From contig JBLHVX010000001.1 of assembly GCA_047628835.1 (NCBI GenBank), positions 1 through 35,310 on the forward strand: DNA of 35,310 nucleotides. Reading direction: 5' to 3'. Position 1 is the first letter of the stretch, and each line of letters opens with the position of its first letter. Shown here piece by piece: positions 9,453-18,889 of the stretch. Below the pieces are notes generated by a model. The model searched no databases. It saw nothing but the letters and a program-made list of their open reading frames with translations, and was not told the origin of the DNA. A program made the translations under genes and the position numbers. This stretch comes from Granulosicoccus sp. (lineage in GTDB: Bacteria; Pseudomonadota; Gammaproteobacteria; Pseudomonadales; Cellvibrionaceae).

Positions 9453-11068
9453 CCCAAACCCCCAGATAGAGATTCATGCTCGTATCAAAATCCTCATTTT
9501 ACATCAATAGCGGGCCTGCACTGCAGGCATCCCAAGGAAATTGACTCAACAATCACTTCTAGAAGAGCTTGTGCGCATCATTCCTGTTTTTTAGACGGAT
9601 GTGTCCTGCATTAAGTCGTTTATTCTATCAAAAGCCTCCCGTTAAATAGGCGGGGGATCAAATTCCCTCACGGCTAACAGCACCTGTTCTAATAAGCGTT
9701 GATGTTTCTCCTTTAGTTTAACAAACCACTGGCGTCCCGTTTAACCACTTTAGCGGCCATCCCATACAAACGCCACCGTAGTGACACTGCACGGTGATGG
9801 GCTAACGCCTTGGGTAATAATTGTCAACGCAAATAAATTGTACGATAGTGCTGTGATTAAAAAGTACAGTGCATTTGCGTTATAGTCTGAGAGGGCAGTG
9901 TGTCACCGCCGAAATCCAGCTTTAGCTCTTTAATACGATTTTTACTATCCTCTGTACGCTGGTTGTACCAGTGGAGGATCTCGCTATTGCTTAAAGGGTC
10001 TCGATTAGTGGCAACCGCACGATAAACATACCCGCCAACACTGATTTCTTCGGCGTCATTAGCAGCTGCTAGGTCAAGTGCTGCCTGACCGTTAATAGCT
10101 TTACGTTGAAAGATTTGCGTGAAAGGCCTTTCATAATTCCCGAGGCAATAACTGGTGCGATAGTTGTCTTGACCACTGACAACATTTCCTTGATTATCCA
10201 GTAGTTGCTCACAGCCTGTCTCTTCTATCACGGCAATCTGTGCTCGCATCGTCGCATTGGTTTTGGCGCGAATGGCGTACTCAATGGCATTATCGTCACA
10301 ATACCGAATAATGTTGGTTTGATAGCCTGCGGCATCAATACGCAACGCGTTGACCGTACAATCTTCGGGTAAAGACCGCTGGCACTGCTTGATAAATTCT
10401 AAATTGCCTTTGGCCGGTGACGTATTGCCTTCGCGAAAATCTACAGCCACTACTTGCCCCGCTTCGGCAATATGCCCCAGCATAGGCATAAACCCTTTGT
10501 TTTTATTGCAAGTCCATTGTGTATCCGCTTTGCTGGCAATGATTTCTGTTGCATCAATATCTAGGGTGATCTTTTTGCAGTGGTGTAGTGCGGATTGTAA
10601 AACGGCTCTATTTACCTTGACCCAAGCATCGGCGATGTGCGGCTCTGCACCTATTAGCCTTAACCCATCCCCTAATGTGGTGGCCTTTGGCAGCTTATCT
10701 AAGGTCAGCACCGTACGCAGTGCCTCATCATCGTGAAGGTGTGGCGAATATCGTCTAAATGAAAACTCCCTTCATGCTGCATTAGCAACAGTGCTTTAAT
10801 GAATTCAGACGGTTGAAAACCTCGGTTACTTTTCGGTTGAGGAAAGTGTTGATTGATACGCTCATCAAGTCTCAGCGACTCCATTAAATGCGCAATCACC
10901 AATAATCCTGCACGCGATGTTAATAAGTCGTTTGTGGTGTCGAGTTTGTAGGGTAGAATAATCGTTACCCTTGAGCTGTGCACCCATTGGGTGATGGACT
11001 GTTTTGTCGCTAACCATTATGCAGCCAAGGCTTCCTTCGTTCTAAACTTTTCTAGCTAGGGATTAGGG
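9453..11068 (-). mobile_element. IS1380-family insertion sequence, full length (1616 bp), defective
   Basis: Imperfect terminal IRs CCCAAACCCCCAGATAGA (9453) vs reverse complement CCCTAATCCCTAGCTAGA (11068), 14/18 match. 5-bp direct repeat CTGTA at 9448-9452 and 11069-11073. Confidence 0.88.
9642..10983 (-). pseudogene. IS1380-family DDE transposase, frameshifted
   Basis: Split over ORFs 10705-10983 (LTSRAGL) and 9857-10711 (LDIDAT, RIDAAGY, YNQR..SKNRIKELK, where the expected catalytic E reads K). Further out-of-frame C-terminal pieces (LRWRLYGMAAKVV) run to a TAA at 9642. Confidence 0.85.
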
Positions 11069-11075
11069 CTGTAGG

Positions 11076-11104
11076 TTGCGTTTTAAACACGCCTTGTGTA
11101 GAGT
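11076..11104 (+). promoter_or_regulatory. Putative sigma70 promoter of tRNA-Ser
   Basis: TTGCGT-17 bp-TAGAGT followed by a GC-rich discriminator GCTGCC, 15 bp before the tRNA. Confidence 0.6.
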
Positions 11105-11119
11105 GCTGCCTCAGAATTT

Positions 11120-11208
<89 letters not shown>

Positions 11209-11215
11209 ATGAGAT

Positions 11216-11239
11216 AACCCGCTTTTAGCGGGTTTTTTT
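11216..11239 (+). terminator. Intrinsic terminator after tRNA-Ser
   Basis: AACCCGCT-TTT-AGCGGGTT followed by a T run. Confidence 0.85.
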
Positions 11240-11617
11240 ATATGTGGAAGAGGGTAAGTGAAAGGCAGGGAAAAGGTGAGAAAACTCACTGATTCGAACA
11301 ATCTTTAAGCAGGTTTAGGTTCATCGATAATTGTCCCAACGTCGCCTAAGTACGCCTATTGTTGATCTCTAATAAACTATATTTATCTAGCGATGTGTTC
11401 TGACGTGCCCTACGTCCTGTAGAACAATATGATTCCAGTCGTTTCAGCGTACATTATTGTATGTTAAATACCCGTAAGATTTCACGCTGGCTTTTGTGTT
11501 TTTAATGCTGTTGGAAATATGTCACTACGATTAAATTATACTTGACTGTATAATCCACGTGCCTACCCAAGTGGATTGCAGTAAATTGAAAGCCATATGT
11601 AATAAAAGGGTTAGAGC

Positions 11618-12550
11618 ATGAATATTGTTTTTTATGGTTATGAAGAAACATCCGCCTCGTGGATTGATTTATTAAGGAAATTATTGCCTCAGGCAACGAT
11701 AGGGTATTGGTCAGAAGAAGGCGTTAAAACAGCAGATTATTTGATCTGTCGTAATCCACCACACAGTATAGTAACGAAAACGCATCAATTAAAAGGTATA
11801 TTCTTCCTTTCGGCAGGCATTGACTATTTCTTGCGCTTAAAGGCTCAGGGTGCTTGTGATGCTTTAGATCAAGTGGACTGTTACCGCTTAGAGGATGCGG
11901 GTATGTCGGAACAAATGATGGATTACGCAAGCTATGCGGTGTTGAAATTTTTCCGTCAGTTTTACCGTTATGATCAACAAAAAACATGGTGTTCTCATAC
12001 ACCTCATTCCAAAAAAAGATTTACGGTAGGTATTCTTGGTGCCGGCGTTTTGGGTATGGCAGTTGCGCAGCGGTTAATGGGCTTAGGCTTTAATATCAAT
12101 ATGTGGAGTCGTACTGAAAAGCAAATAGAGGGGATTCGGACGTACGCCGGTAAAGAAGAGTTTGCCATTTTTTTAGATCATACCCATGTACTCATTAATT
12201 TATTGCCGCTTAATCAGCATACCGAGGGGATCATTAACGCTGATGTTTTTCAGCGGTTGGCTAAGCCCGCCTATTTGATTAATTTAGCGAGAGGTGCGCA
12301 TGTTGTTGAGGCTGATTTAATTCGAGCGCTAGAAACTAATGTATTAAATGCGGCACAAATTGATGTGACAGAAATAGAGCCTTTACCAGAAGATAGCCCG
12401 CTGTATGCATTACATAATTTATATATAACGCCTCACAACGCTGCAGTGACTTTGATGGATGAAAGTTGTCAGCATATTGCTGAAAAAATACAAAAGCTAT
12501 CACAAGGTAAAAAAGTGTCTGGCAAGGTAGATTGGCTGAATGGTTATTAA
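11618..12550 (+). CDS. ghrA: 2-hydroxyacid dehydrogenase, glyoxylate/hydroxypyruvate reductase A-like
   Basis: AGID, RLEDAGM, GILGAGVLG, NLLPL, INLARG, ITPHNAA. Confidence 0.85.
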   Translation: MNIVFYGYEETSASWIDLLRKLLPQATIGYWSEEGVKTADYLICRNPPHSIVTKTHQLKGIFFLSAGIDYFLRLKAQGACDALDQVDCYRLEDAGMSEQMMDYASYAVLKFFRQFYRYDQQKTWCSHTPHSKKRFTVGILGAGVLGMAVAQRLMGLGFNINMWSRTEKQIEGIRTYAGKEEFAIFLDHTHVLINLLPLNQHTEGIINADVFQRLAKPAYLINLARGAHVVEADLIRALETNVLNAAQIDVTEIEPLPEDSPLYALHNLYITPHNAAVTLMDESCQHIAEKIQKLSQGKKVSGKVDWLNGY

Positions 12551-12792
12551 TTTTTAGGCTGAGGAAATCCCACTTCATAGTGAGTAAATAGAGTAGCGGT
12601 TTCGCCATAATAATAAGTATCATTAATGGCTGCAGCGAGTTGTAGTTGGGAGTTTGCGGTAAGTTGGTGGGCAATGTTGGTTTGCCATTTTGTCAGGTCA
12701 TTAGTGAGTTTGTCGACAAAACTAAGTGTTTCAGGTAGTTAATCTGTTGTAGATTATTGATACCTGTGACACGATGGAATGCTACAAAATCT

Positions 12793-12933
12793 GTATATAC
12801 TCAGCACTGTCCGTAACTATTCAGATTGCAGTCAACATTGTGCTGAGCAAGGCGAAAAATGTGAGTTTACAAGTGTAAACAATCATTTTTTAACGCAGTT
12901 CAGCGCGACTTTGGCTGTGAGCTGAGTAGTTAC
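12793..12933 (+). mobile_element. MITE copy 2 (141 bp)
   Basis: GTATATACTCAGC...GCTGAGTAGTTAC ends. Flanks CAAAATCT (12785-12792) / TAAAATCT (12934-12941). Six differences from copy 3 by manual alignment. Confidence 0.92.
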
Positions 12934-12982
12934 TAAAATCTAACGCTATAACATCCCATGACATACACCTAGGAACTTATTA

Positions 12983-14368
12983 ATGAGTACAGCTTTTCGT
13001 TCACTCGCCTTACATACCTCCCTGTTAGAGAATTTAGATTCTCTTGGCTATAAAGAGATGACTGAGATACAAGAGCAGAGTTTACCTGCAATGATGGCGG
13101 GAGAGGACGTGATTGCCCAGGCGAAAACAGGTTCGGGTAAAACGGCGGCCTTTGGTTTGGCTTTGTTGAACAAGCTCAAAGTAAAACAGTTTCGTGTGCA
13201 ATCTTTAGTGTTATGTCCCACTAGAGAGCTTGCAGATCAAGTAGCAAAAGAAATTCGGCGATTAGGCCGTGGCATTCATAATATTAAAGTGCTGACCCTG
13301 TGTGGTGGCATGCCATTTGGGCCGCAAATTGGGTCTCTAGAGCACGGCGCACATATTGTTGTAGGTACACCCGGGCGAATCGAAGAGCATTTGCGTAAGC
13401 AAACCTTGCGTTTGGATGACGTGACCACCTTTGTATTAGACGAAGCAGATCGTATGCTGGACATGGGGTTTCAGCCGTCATTAGATGCGATTGTTGAATA
13501 TATTCCTACCCAGCGACAGACCTTATTGTTCAGTGCTACATTTCCTGAACAAATCCAATCTATATCCCAACGTATTATGCGCGTGCCCACTATAATAAAA
13601 GTGGCCTCCACTCATGATAACCAGAGTATTCAACAATACTTTTATCCGTTAGATAATGATATTTCTCGCACCACAGCGTTACAGCTATTGTTGCTGACAC
13701 ATCGCCCTAGTTCAGCGGTAGTGTTTTGTAACACTAGGCGTGAAACGCAAGAGGTAGCAGACGAGTTATCAGGGATGGGATTCTTTGCGTTGGCATTGCA
13801 TGGCGACATGGAACAAAGAATGCGGGATCAAACATTGGTACGTTTTGCCAATAAGAGCGCCTCGATTTTAGTTGCGACAGATGTAGCCGCGCGTGGCTTA
13901 GATATCGATGAGCTAGATGCGGTATTTAATTATCAGTTGTCGCGCGAAAAAGATGTACATACCCACCGTATTGGACGAACTGGGCGTGCAGGTAGCAAGG
14001 GCGTAGCCTTTACTCTCTATAGCCAAAAAGAAACGTACAAAATTGAGGCATTAGAAAAACAGTTGTCATGTAAGATCGAACCGTCTTCTCTACCGAGCTT
14101 GTCAGTGTTGAATGACCCAATATATAAGCCACCAATGGCAACGCTACAAATTGATGGTGGTAAGCGTCAAAAAGTACGACCAGGTGATATTTTGGGCGCA
14201 TTAACCAGTGACGGTGGTATTGCCGGAACTCAGGTGGGTAAAATTCATATTTTTGATAATAGTGCTTATGTGGCCGTTAGTCGGAGCGAAGTGAAAACAG
14301 CACTACAAAAAATTGAACAAGGTAAATTAAAGGGCCGCTCGTTTCGGGTGCGACACATTCGCGGTTAG
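12983..14368 (+). CDS. dbpA: ATP-dependent RNA helicase DbpA
   Basis: [31 protein letters not shown] and the DbpA RNA-binding C-terminus (KVRPGDILGAL...KLKGRSFRV). Confidence 0.95.
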   Translation: MSTAFRSLALHTSLLENLDSLGYKEMTEIQEQSLPAMMAGEDVIAQAKTGSGKTAAFGLALLNKLKVKQFRVQSLVLCPTRELADQVAKEIRRLGRGIHNIKVLTLCGGMPFGPQIGSLEHGAHIVVGTPGRIEEHLRKQTLRLDDVTTFVLDEADRMLDMGFQPSLDAIVEYIPTQRQTLLFSATFPEQIQSISQRIMRVPTIIKVASTHDNQSIQQYFYPLDNDISRTTALQLLLLTHRPSSAVVFCNTRRETQEVADELSGMGFFALALHGDMEQRMRDQTLVRFANKSASILVATDVAARGLDIDELDAVFNYQLSREKDVHTHRIGRTGRAGSKGVAFTLYSQKETYKIEALEKQLSCKIEPSSLPSLSVLNDPIYKPPMATLQIDGGKRQKVRPGDILGALTSDGGIAGTQVGKIHIFDNSAYVAVSRSEVKTALQKIEQGKLKGRSFRVRHIRG

Positions 14369-14408
14369 TGGTTGATCATGAATAAGGTAGCCGGGGTCAG
14401 CAACTATC

Positions 14409-14891
14409 CTATTTCAGTAGCATTACTGATGAAATAGGATGAAATTTTGTAGCTGAATCTATCAGACTTTTTGCAGTTAGTGCGGGAACACCATATACCT
14501 CGGTAGAAAGTTGATAATCCTTATTAACTTTCTCTAGTAATAAATCAAAATCCCCGTCACCTGAGAGCAACACAATAGTATCGACTACGCCAGCCGCGGC
14601 TATAGCCATAACATCTATCGTAATGCCCACATCCCAATCGCCTTTTGCAGAGCCATCCTGTCGCTGGATATAAGGTTTGAGCTTTATGTTAAAGCCAATA
14701 TTCTTGAGTGCGTTTTGAAACTGCAGCTGTTTGTTGTCGCCTTTATGAATCGCATAGGCATTGGCGATAATAATATCGCCTTGCTTACTGAGTTCTTGCC
14801 AAAATTGCCGATAATTAAACGGTCGCTGATAGGTATCTCGCGTAGTGTAATAAATGTTTTGTACATCAACAAATACGGCAATTTTTTTCAT
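14409..14891 (-). CDS. NYN domain (LabA/DUF88, PIN-like) putative RNase
   Basis: FVDVQNIYY, KGDWDVGITID, LLSGDGDF acidic motifs. Confidence 0.9.
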   Translation of the reverse strand: MKKIAVFVDVQNIYYTTRDTYQRPFNYRQFWQELSKQGDIIIANAYAIHKGDNKQLQFQNALKNIGFNIKLKPYIQRQDGSAKGDWDVGITIDVMAIAAAGVVDTIVLLSGDGDFDLLLEKVNKDYQLSTEVYGVPALTAKSLIDSATKFHPISSVMLLK

Positions 14892-14893
14892 GA

Positions 14894-16333
14894 TTAACGG
14901 CGGCTGGGCTTTCTAGCGCTAGGACCATTGTTGTTAGACCCAGAGTTAGATCCATTGTTAGCTGAACGGTTGTTTGAATTGCCGTTTGGATTTGCTCTAG
15001 CGGGGCGTTGTTTTCGGGCGGTACTGCTATTGTCGCCTGACGAACGTCGACCATTGGCTCCACCACCATTGTTTCTTGAAGAAGAGTTTTCTGAAGAGGT
15101 GTTTCTTGAAGAATTATTACCGGAAGAATTATTTCCAGAACGAGATTTTTTTGGCTTATTCGGACGTGCAGGTGGGCGCAGACGTGATTCTGGTAAGTCA
15201 TGTGTTGGTTCAAAGCCATCAACCAATTCTCGAGTGAGTAGCTTCTGAGTTAATCGTTCGATATCTTGTAGCTGCTGAATTTCATCTGCGCTGACCAAAG
15301 AGATGGCTTGTCCTGTCGCGCCAGCACGACCAGTACGACCAATACGGTGTACATAATCTTCGGCTACGTTAGGTAAGTCGACATTAATCACCTGTGGGAG
15401 TTGTTCTATATCTAAACCGCGTGCCGCAATGTCGGTAGCAACGAGTACTTGCACTTTTCCGGCCTTAAAGTCGGCCAGTGCACGGGTACGTGCCCCTTGG
15501 CTTTTATTACCATGAATAGCGGCTGCTTGGATGTTGTTTTTTTCCAAAAACGCCGCCAATTTATTCGCGCCATGTTTAGTGCGGCTAAATACCAATACTT
15601 GTTTCCACTTGTGCTGTTTGATTAATGCAACCAGTAAGTGAGGCTTTTGTTTTTTATCAACAGGGTGTATCCATTGCTTAACAGTTGGTGCTGTGCTGTT
15701 TTTCGGCGTAACAGAAAGTTCTACCGGTTTGTTAACAATCGTTTTTGCTAGCTCGCGAATATCATCAGAAAATGTCGCCGAGAACATTAAGTTTTGGCGT
15801 TTTTCTGGCAATGCTTTGAGGATTTTACGAATGTCGTTAATAAAGCCCATGTCTAACATGCGATCAGCTTCATCTAAAATAAGTACTTCTAGTTCGTCAA
15901 ACCTCACGGCATTTTGTTGATAAAGATCTAATAGTCGCCCCGGCGTAGCAATTAAAACGTCAATGCCACCGCGTAGCTTCATCATCTGAGGGCTGATTTT
16001 CACACCACCAAAAACCACTGTTGAGCGTAGTGATAAGTGCTTTCCGTAGGTTTCCACGCTCGCTGCAACTTGTGCTGCTAGCTCGCGAGTGGGCGTTAAT
16101 ACTAAAGCTCTGGCTTGATTAGGTGATGCTTTTTTACCCTTCGATAATAGTTCGAGTAACGGTAAGGTAAAACCAGCGGTTTTTCCTGTGCCGGTTTGTG
16201 CTGCAGCCATCACATCTCGCCCTTGAAGAATGGGAGGAATGGCTTGTGCTTGAATGGGAGAAGGGGTGGTGTAACCTTTATCACTAACGGCTTTTAAAAT
16301 GGGATCGGATAAACCCAAGGTGGTAAAACTCAT
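14894..16333 (-). CDS. rhlE: DEAD-box RNA helicase, RhlE-like, with N/S/G/R-rich tail
   Basis: [47 protein letters not shown]. Confidence 0.88.
   Translation of the reverse strand: MSFTTLGLSDPILKAVSDKGYTTPSPIQAQAIPPILQGRDVMAAAQTGTGKTAGFTLPLLELLSKGKKASPNQARALVLTPTRELAAQVAASVETYGKHLSLRSTVVFGGVKISPQMMKLRGGIDVLIATPGRLLDLYQQNAVRFDELEVLILDEADRMLDMGFINDIRKILKALPEKRQNLMFSATFSDDIRELAKTIVNKPVELSVTPKNSTAPTVKQWIHPVDKKQKPHLLVALIKQHKWKQVLVFSRTKHGANKLAAFLEKNNIQAAAIHGNKSQGARTRALADFKAGKVQVLVATDIAARGLDIEQLPQVINVDLPNVAEDYVHRIGRTGRAGATGQAISLVSADEIQQLQDIERLTQKLLTRELVDGFEPTHDLPESRLRPPARPNKPKKSRSGNNSSGNNSSRNTSSENSSSRNNGGGANGRRSSGDNSSTARKQRPARANPNGNSNNRSANNGSNSGSNNNGPSARKPSRR
15068..15139 (-). repeat. Degenerate 15-bp tandem repeat (~5 units) in the helicase tail
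   Basis: TCTGGAAATAATTCT TCCGGTAATAATTCT TCAAGAAACACCTCT TCAGAAAACTCTTCT TCAAGAAACAAT, encoding [24 protein letters not shown]. Confidence 0.8.
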
Positions 16334-16364
16334 AATATCTCTTTGCTAAGAAGCGGTTTGTATG

Positions 16365-16666
16365 TTGCTAAAGTAGTTTGTCGGCTCTTCTATATACGCC
16401 GTAAATATGTCATTGCTGGATGTGTCTAGATGAATAATAGTACTGTGTGAAAAGAATGAAGAAGCCCATTTATTGAACAGTGCTTAGGGTGGCGCAGCTT
16501 ACCGTATCTAGTGGACGAGTGCTACTGTTTGTCTATGTAGTATATTGCGTTGTCTATTATGGAGCTGTCTCTATATATTGGTTGTCCATATGTATACCTT
16601 TATGTATAAAAAAAACCCCATGTGGCTAAATAATATAGCTCTAAGATATACTCACTACTTTAGCAA
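16365..16666. repeat. Distant perfect 13-bp inverted repeat bracketing a divergent intergenic region
   Basis: TTGCTAAAGTAGT at 16365-16377 and ACTACTTTAGCAA at 16654-16666. Confidence 0.6.
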
Positions 16667-16712
16667 GTAGATAGTGCTTTTACTGAAACTGTTTAAGTGG
16701 TTAGTCATTATT

Positions 16713-17474
16713 ATGTTTTTAGAACCCCAAATATTACTCATATTAGCTTTTATCGCTCTATTTACAGGGTTTGTTAAAGCCGGCTTGCCATCGTTGGGTG
16801 CTTTAGTTTCTGTTTCTTTGGTTTTACTATTTCCGGCCAAGGATGCATTAGGCTTGGCGGTATTGTACTTGTTAGCAGGCGACCTTATTGCATCATTTAT
16901 GCACTGGCGTAAAGCTAATTTACCGGTGTTACGACAGTTATTGCCAGCTATTTTTCTCGGTATTGGTTTTGGTGTATTAACCTTGATTCAAGTTTCTAAC
17001 GAATTACTAGGAGCGCTGATAGGCCTGTTGATAGTCTTAATGGTCGGGATGGAGCCCTTTCGACCGCATATCACTGAGTGGGCAACACGCAATAAATATT
17101 TTGTTCGCTCAGGGTCAGGCATATTAGCAGGCTTTTCCACTACTGTAGGGAATGCGGCCGGGCCTATCTTGTCATTATATTTTTTATTGTTAAAAATCGA
17201 TAAATATGGTTTTGTTGGTACTGCCGCTCTCTTCTTCTTAATCGTTAACGTGACCAAACTGCCGTTATACGGTGCGCTAGGTATGTTTAAAACATACTAT
17301 CTGTGGAGTTACATCGTCACCGTTCCCTTTGTCGTTGTCGGCGCATTATTTGGTAGGCGTTTTATTGAATGGATACCACAGCAGTACTTTAATCGCGTAG
17401 TGATAAGTATTACTGGTTTGTCGGGTGTGTGGCTGCTTACGTCTTATTTATTGGGTGATGCACTTATTATATGA
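16713..17474 (+). CDS. Sulfite exporter TauE/SafE (TSUP) family membrane protein
   Basis: Highly hydrophobic. GFVKAG..GAL, AGFSTTVGNAAGP, GT.A.FF.IVN.TKLP pattern. Confidence 0.85.
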   Translation: MFLEPQILLILAFIALFTGFVKAGLPSLGALVSVSLVLLFPAKDALGLAVLYLLAGDLIASFMHWRKANLPVLRQLLPAIFLGIGFGVLTLIQVSNELLGALIGLLIVLMVGMEPFRPHITEWATRNKYFVRSGSGILAGFSTTVGNAAGPILSLYFLLLKIDKYGFVGTAALFFLIVNVTKLPLYGALGMFKTYYLWSYIVTVPFVVVGALFGRRFIEWIPQQYFNRVVISITGLSGVWLLTSYLLGDALII

Positions 17475-17585
17475 ATTCAAGTCTATTTAGTGGTGCGTTC
17501 TGGCATATTTCACGGTGCTTAATAGATATAATGCTTTTCTTATTATATGATCGGGTTTTATTATTTCAGCCCTGTAGAGAAGTTT

Positions 17586-18161
17586 ATGTATAGTCGTTTT
17601 AAAAAATTAGTTCTTGTATGTACCTTGGCTAGCATGTCTTCGCTGGTGACTGCCGAAAGTTTGGCATTAACGATTGTTTCGTCACAGGGGCAGGAGAGAG
17701 GCCTAGTCATTATTAATCTAAATAGCACTGCCGCGCCTAATCATGTCGCGCGTATCAAAACATTAACTGAGAAAGGCTTGTATGACGGCGTGGCTTTTCA
17801 TCGGGTCATTGCAGGCTTTATGGCGCAAACAGGTGATGTGGAATTTGGAAACAAAAAGAGTTTTAACGCAAGCTCAGTTGGATCTGGCAGCTCGGATTAC
17901 GATGACCTTAAAGCGGAGTTTTCAGGTATCTCATTTAAGACCGGTATGGTTGGCATGGCGCGTAGCCGCTATATCCACTCAGCTAACAGCCAATTCTTTA
18001 TTATGACGAAGTCGCAAACAGGCTTAGATGGGCAGTATACAGTAGTCGGTAAAGTGATCGCGGGTATGGATGTGGTCAATGCGATTAAGCAAGGCTCTAA
18101 AACCGAAAATGGGAAAGTAACCAATCCTGATTACATTAAAGAAGCGGTAATCCTTCCATAA
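17586..18161 (+). CDS. Cyclophilin-type peptidyl-prolyl isomerase, probably exported
   Basis: Signal-peptide-like N-terminus, APNHV, YDGVAFHRVI, GMAR, SANSQFFI. Confidence 0.9.
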   Translation: MYSRFKKLVLVCTLASMSSLVTAESLALTIVSSQGQERGLVIINLNSTAAPNHVARIKTLTEKGLYDGVAFHRVIAGFMAQTGDVEFGNKKSFNASSVGSGSSDYDDLKAEFSGISFKTGMVGMARSRYIHSANSQFFIMTKSQTGLDGQYTVVGKVIAGMDVVNAIKQGSKTENGKVTNPDYIKEAVILP

Positions 18162-18180
18162 CCCAGAAATGGAATGAGTA

Positions 18181-18870
18181 ATGACTGAGACCGCTTCTGA
18201 AATTAATCTACCTGACTGCTGGTTTGCGCATTTACAGGGTGAGTTTGAACAGCCTTATATGCACACATTAAATGAGTTTTTACGGCAAGAAAAATCTGTA
18301 GGTAAAGTTATTTATCCTAAGGACGTGGATGTCTTTAACGCGTTCAATAGCACGTTATTTGATGATGTTAAAGTAGTGGTTTTGGGGCAAGATCCTTATC
18401 ATGGTATTGGTCAGGCTCATGGACTATCATTTTCTGTGCCGCAAGGTGTACGTACACCTCCATCTTTAGTGAATATATTTAAAGAAATTCACCGAGATTT
18501 AGGTGGTGGTATACCGGCTCACGGTTGTTTGCAATCATGGGCGGGCCAAGGTGTATTGTTGCTGAATGCTACGCTAACCGTAGAACAAGCAAATGCGGGC
18601 TCGCATCAAAAAAAGGGGTGGGAGGCTTTTACAGATAAAGTGATACAGCTGCTCGATGAACAACGAGAACATATTGTGTTTTTGTTATGGGGTGGCTATG
18701 CACAGAAAAAGGGGCGATTGATTAATCAAAATAAACATCTTGTATTAACGTCTGTCCACCCATCTCCTTTATCTGCGTACAGAGGTTTTATTGGTAATGA
18801 TCATTTCTCAAAAACCAACGATTATCTTATTCAGCAAGGTCTTTATCCTGTTGATTGGTCGTTAATTTAA
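18181..18870 (+). CDS. ung: Uracil-DNA glycosylase
   Basis: GQDPYHG, PPSL.NI, GVLLLN, HPSPLS. Confidence 0.97.
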   Translation: MTETASEINLPDCWFAHLQGEFEQPYMHTLNEFLRQEKSVGKVIYPKDVDVFNAFNSTLFDDVKVVVLGQDPYHGIGQAHGLSFSVPQGVRTPPSLVNIFKEIHRDLGGGIPAHGCLQSWAGQGVLLLNATLTVEQANAGSHQKKGWEAFTDKVIQLLDEQREHIVFLLWGGYAQKKGRLINQNKHLVLTSVHPSPLSAYRGFIGNDHFSKTNDYLIQQGLYPVDWSLI

Positions 18871-18889
18871 TATTGACTTTAATTGTCGA

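Noticed and set aside
11502-11696. 64-aa minus-strand ORF upstream of ghrA
   Set aside because: Overlaps the ghrA start and promoter, with no recognisable motif.
14866-15248. Alternative-frame ORFs 14866-15222 (-) and 14928-15248 (+)
   Set aside because: Shadows of the low-complexity helicase tail, with no independent RBS or recognisable domain.
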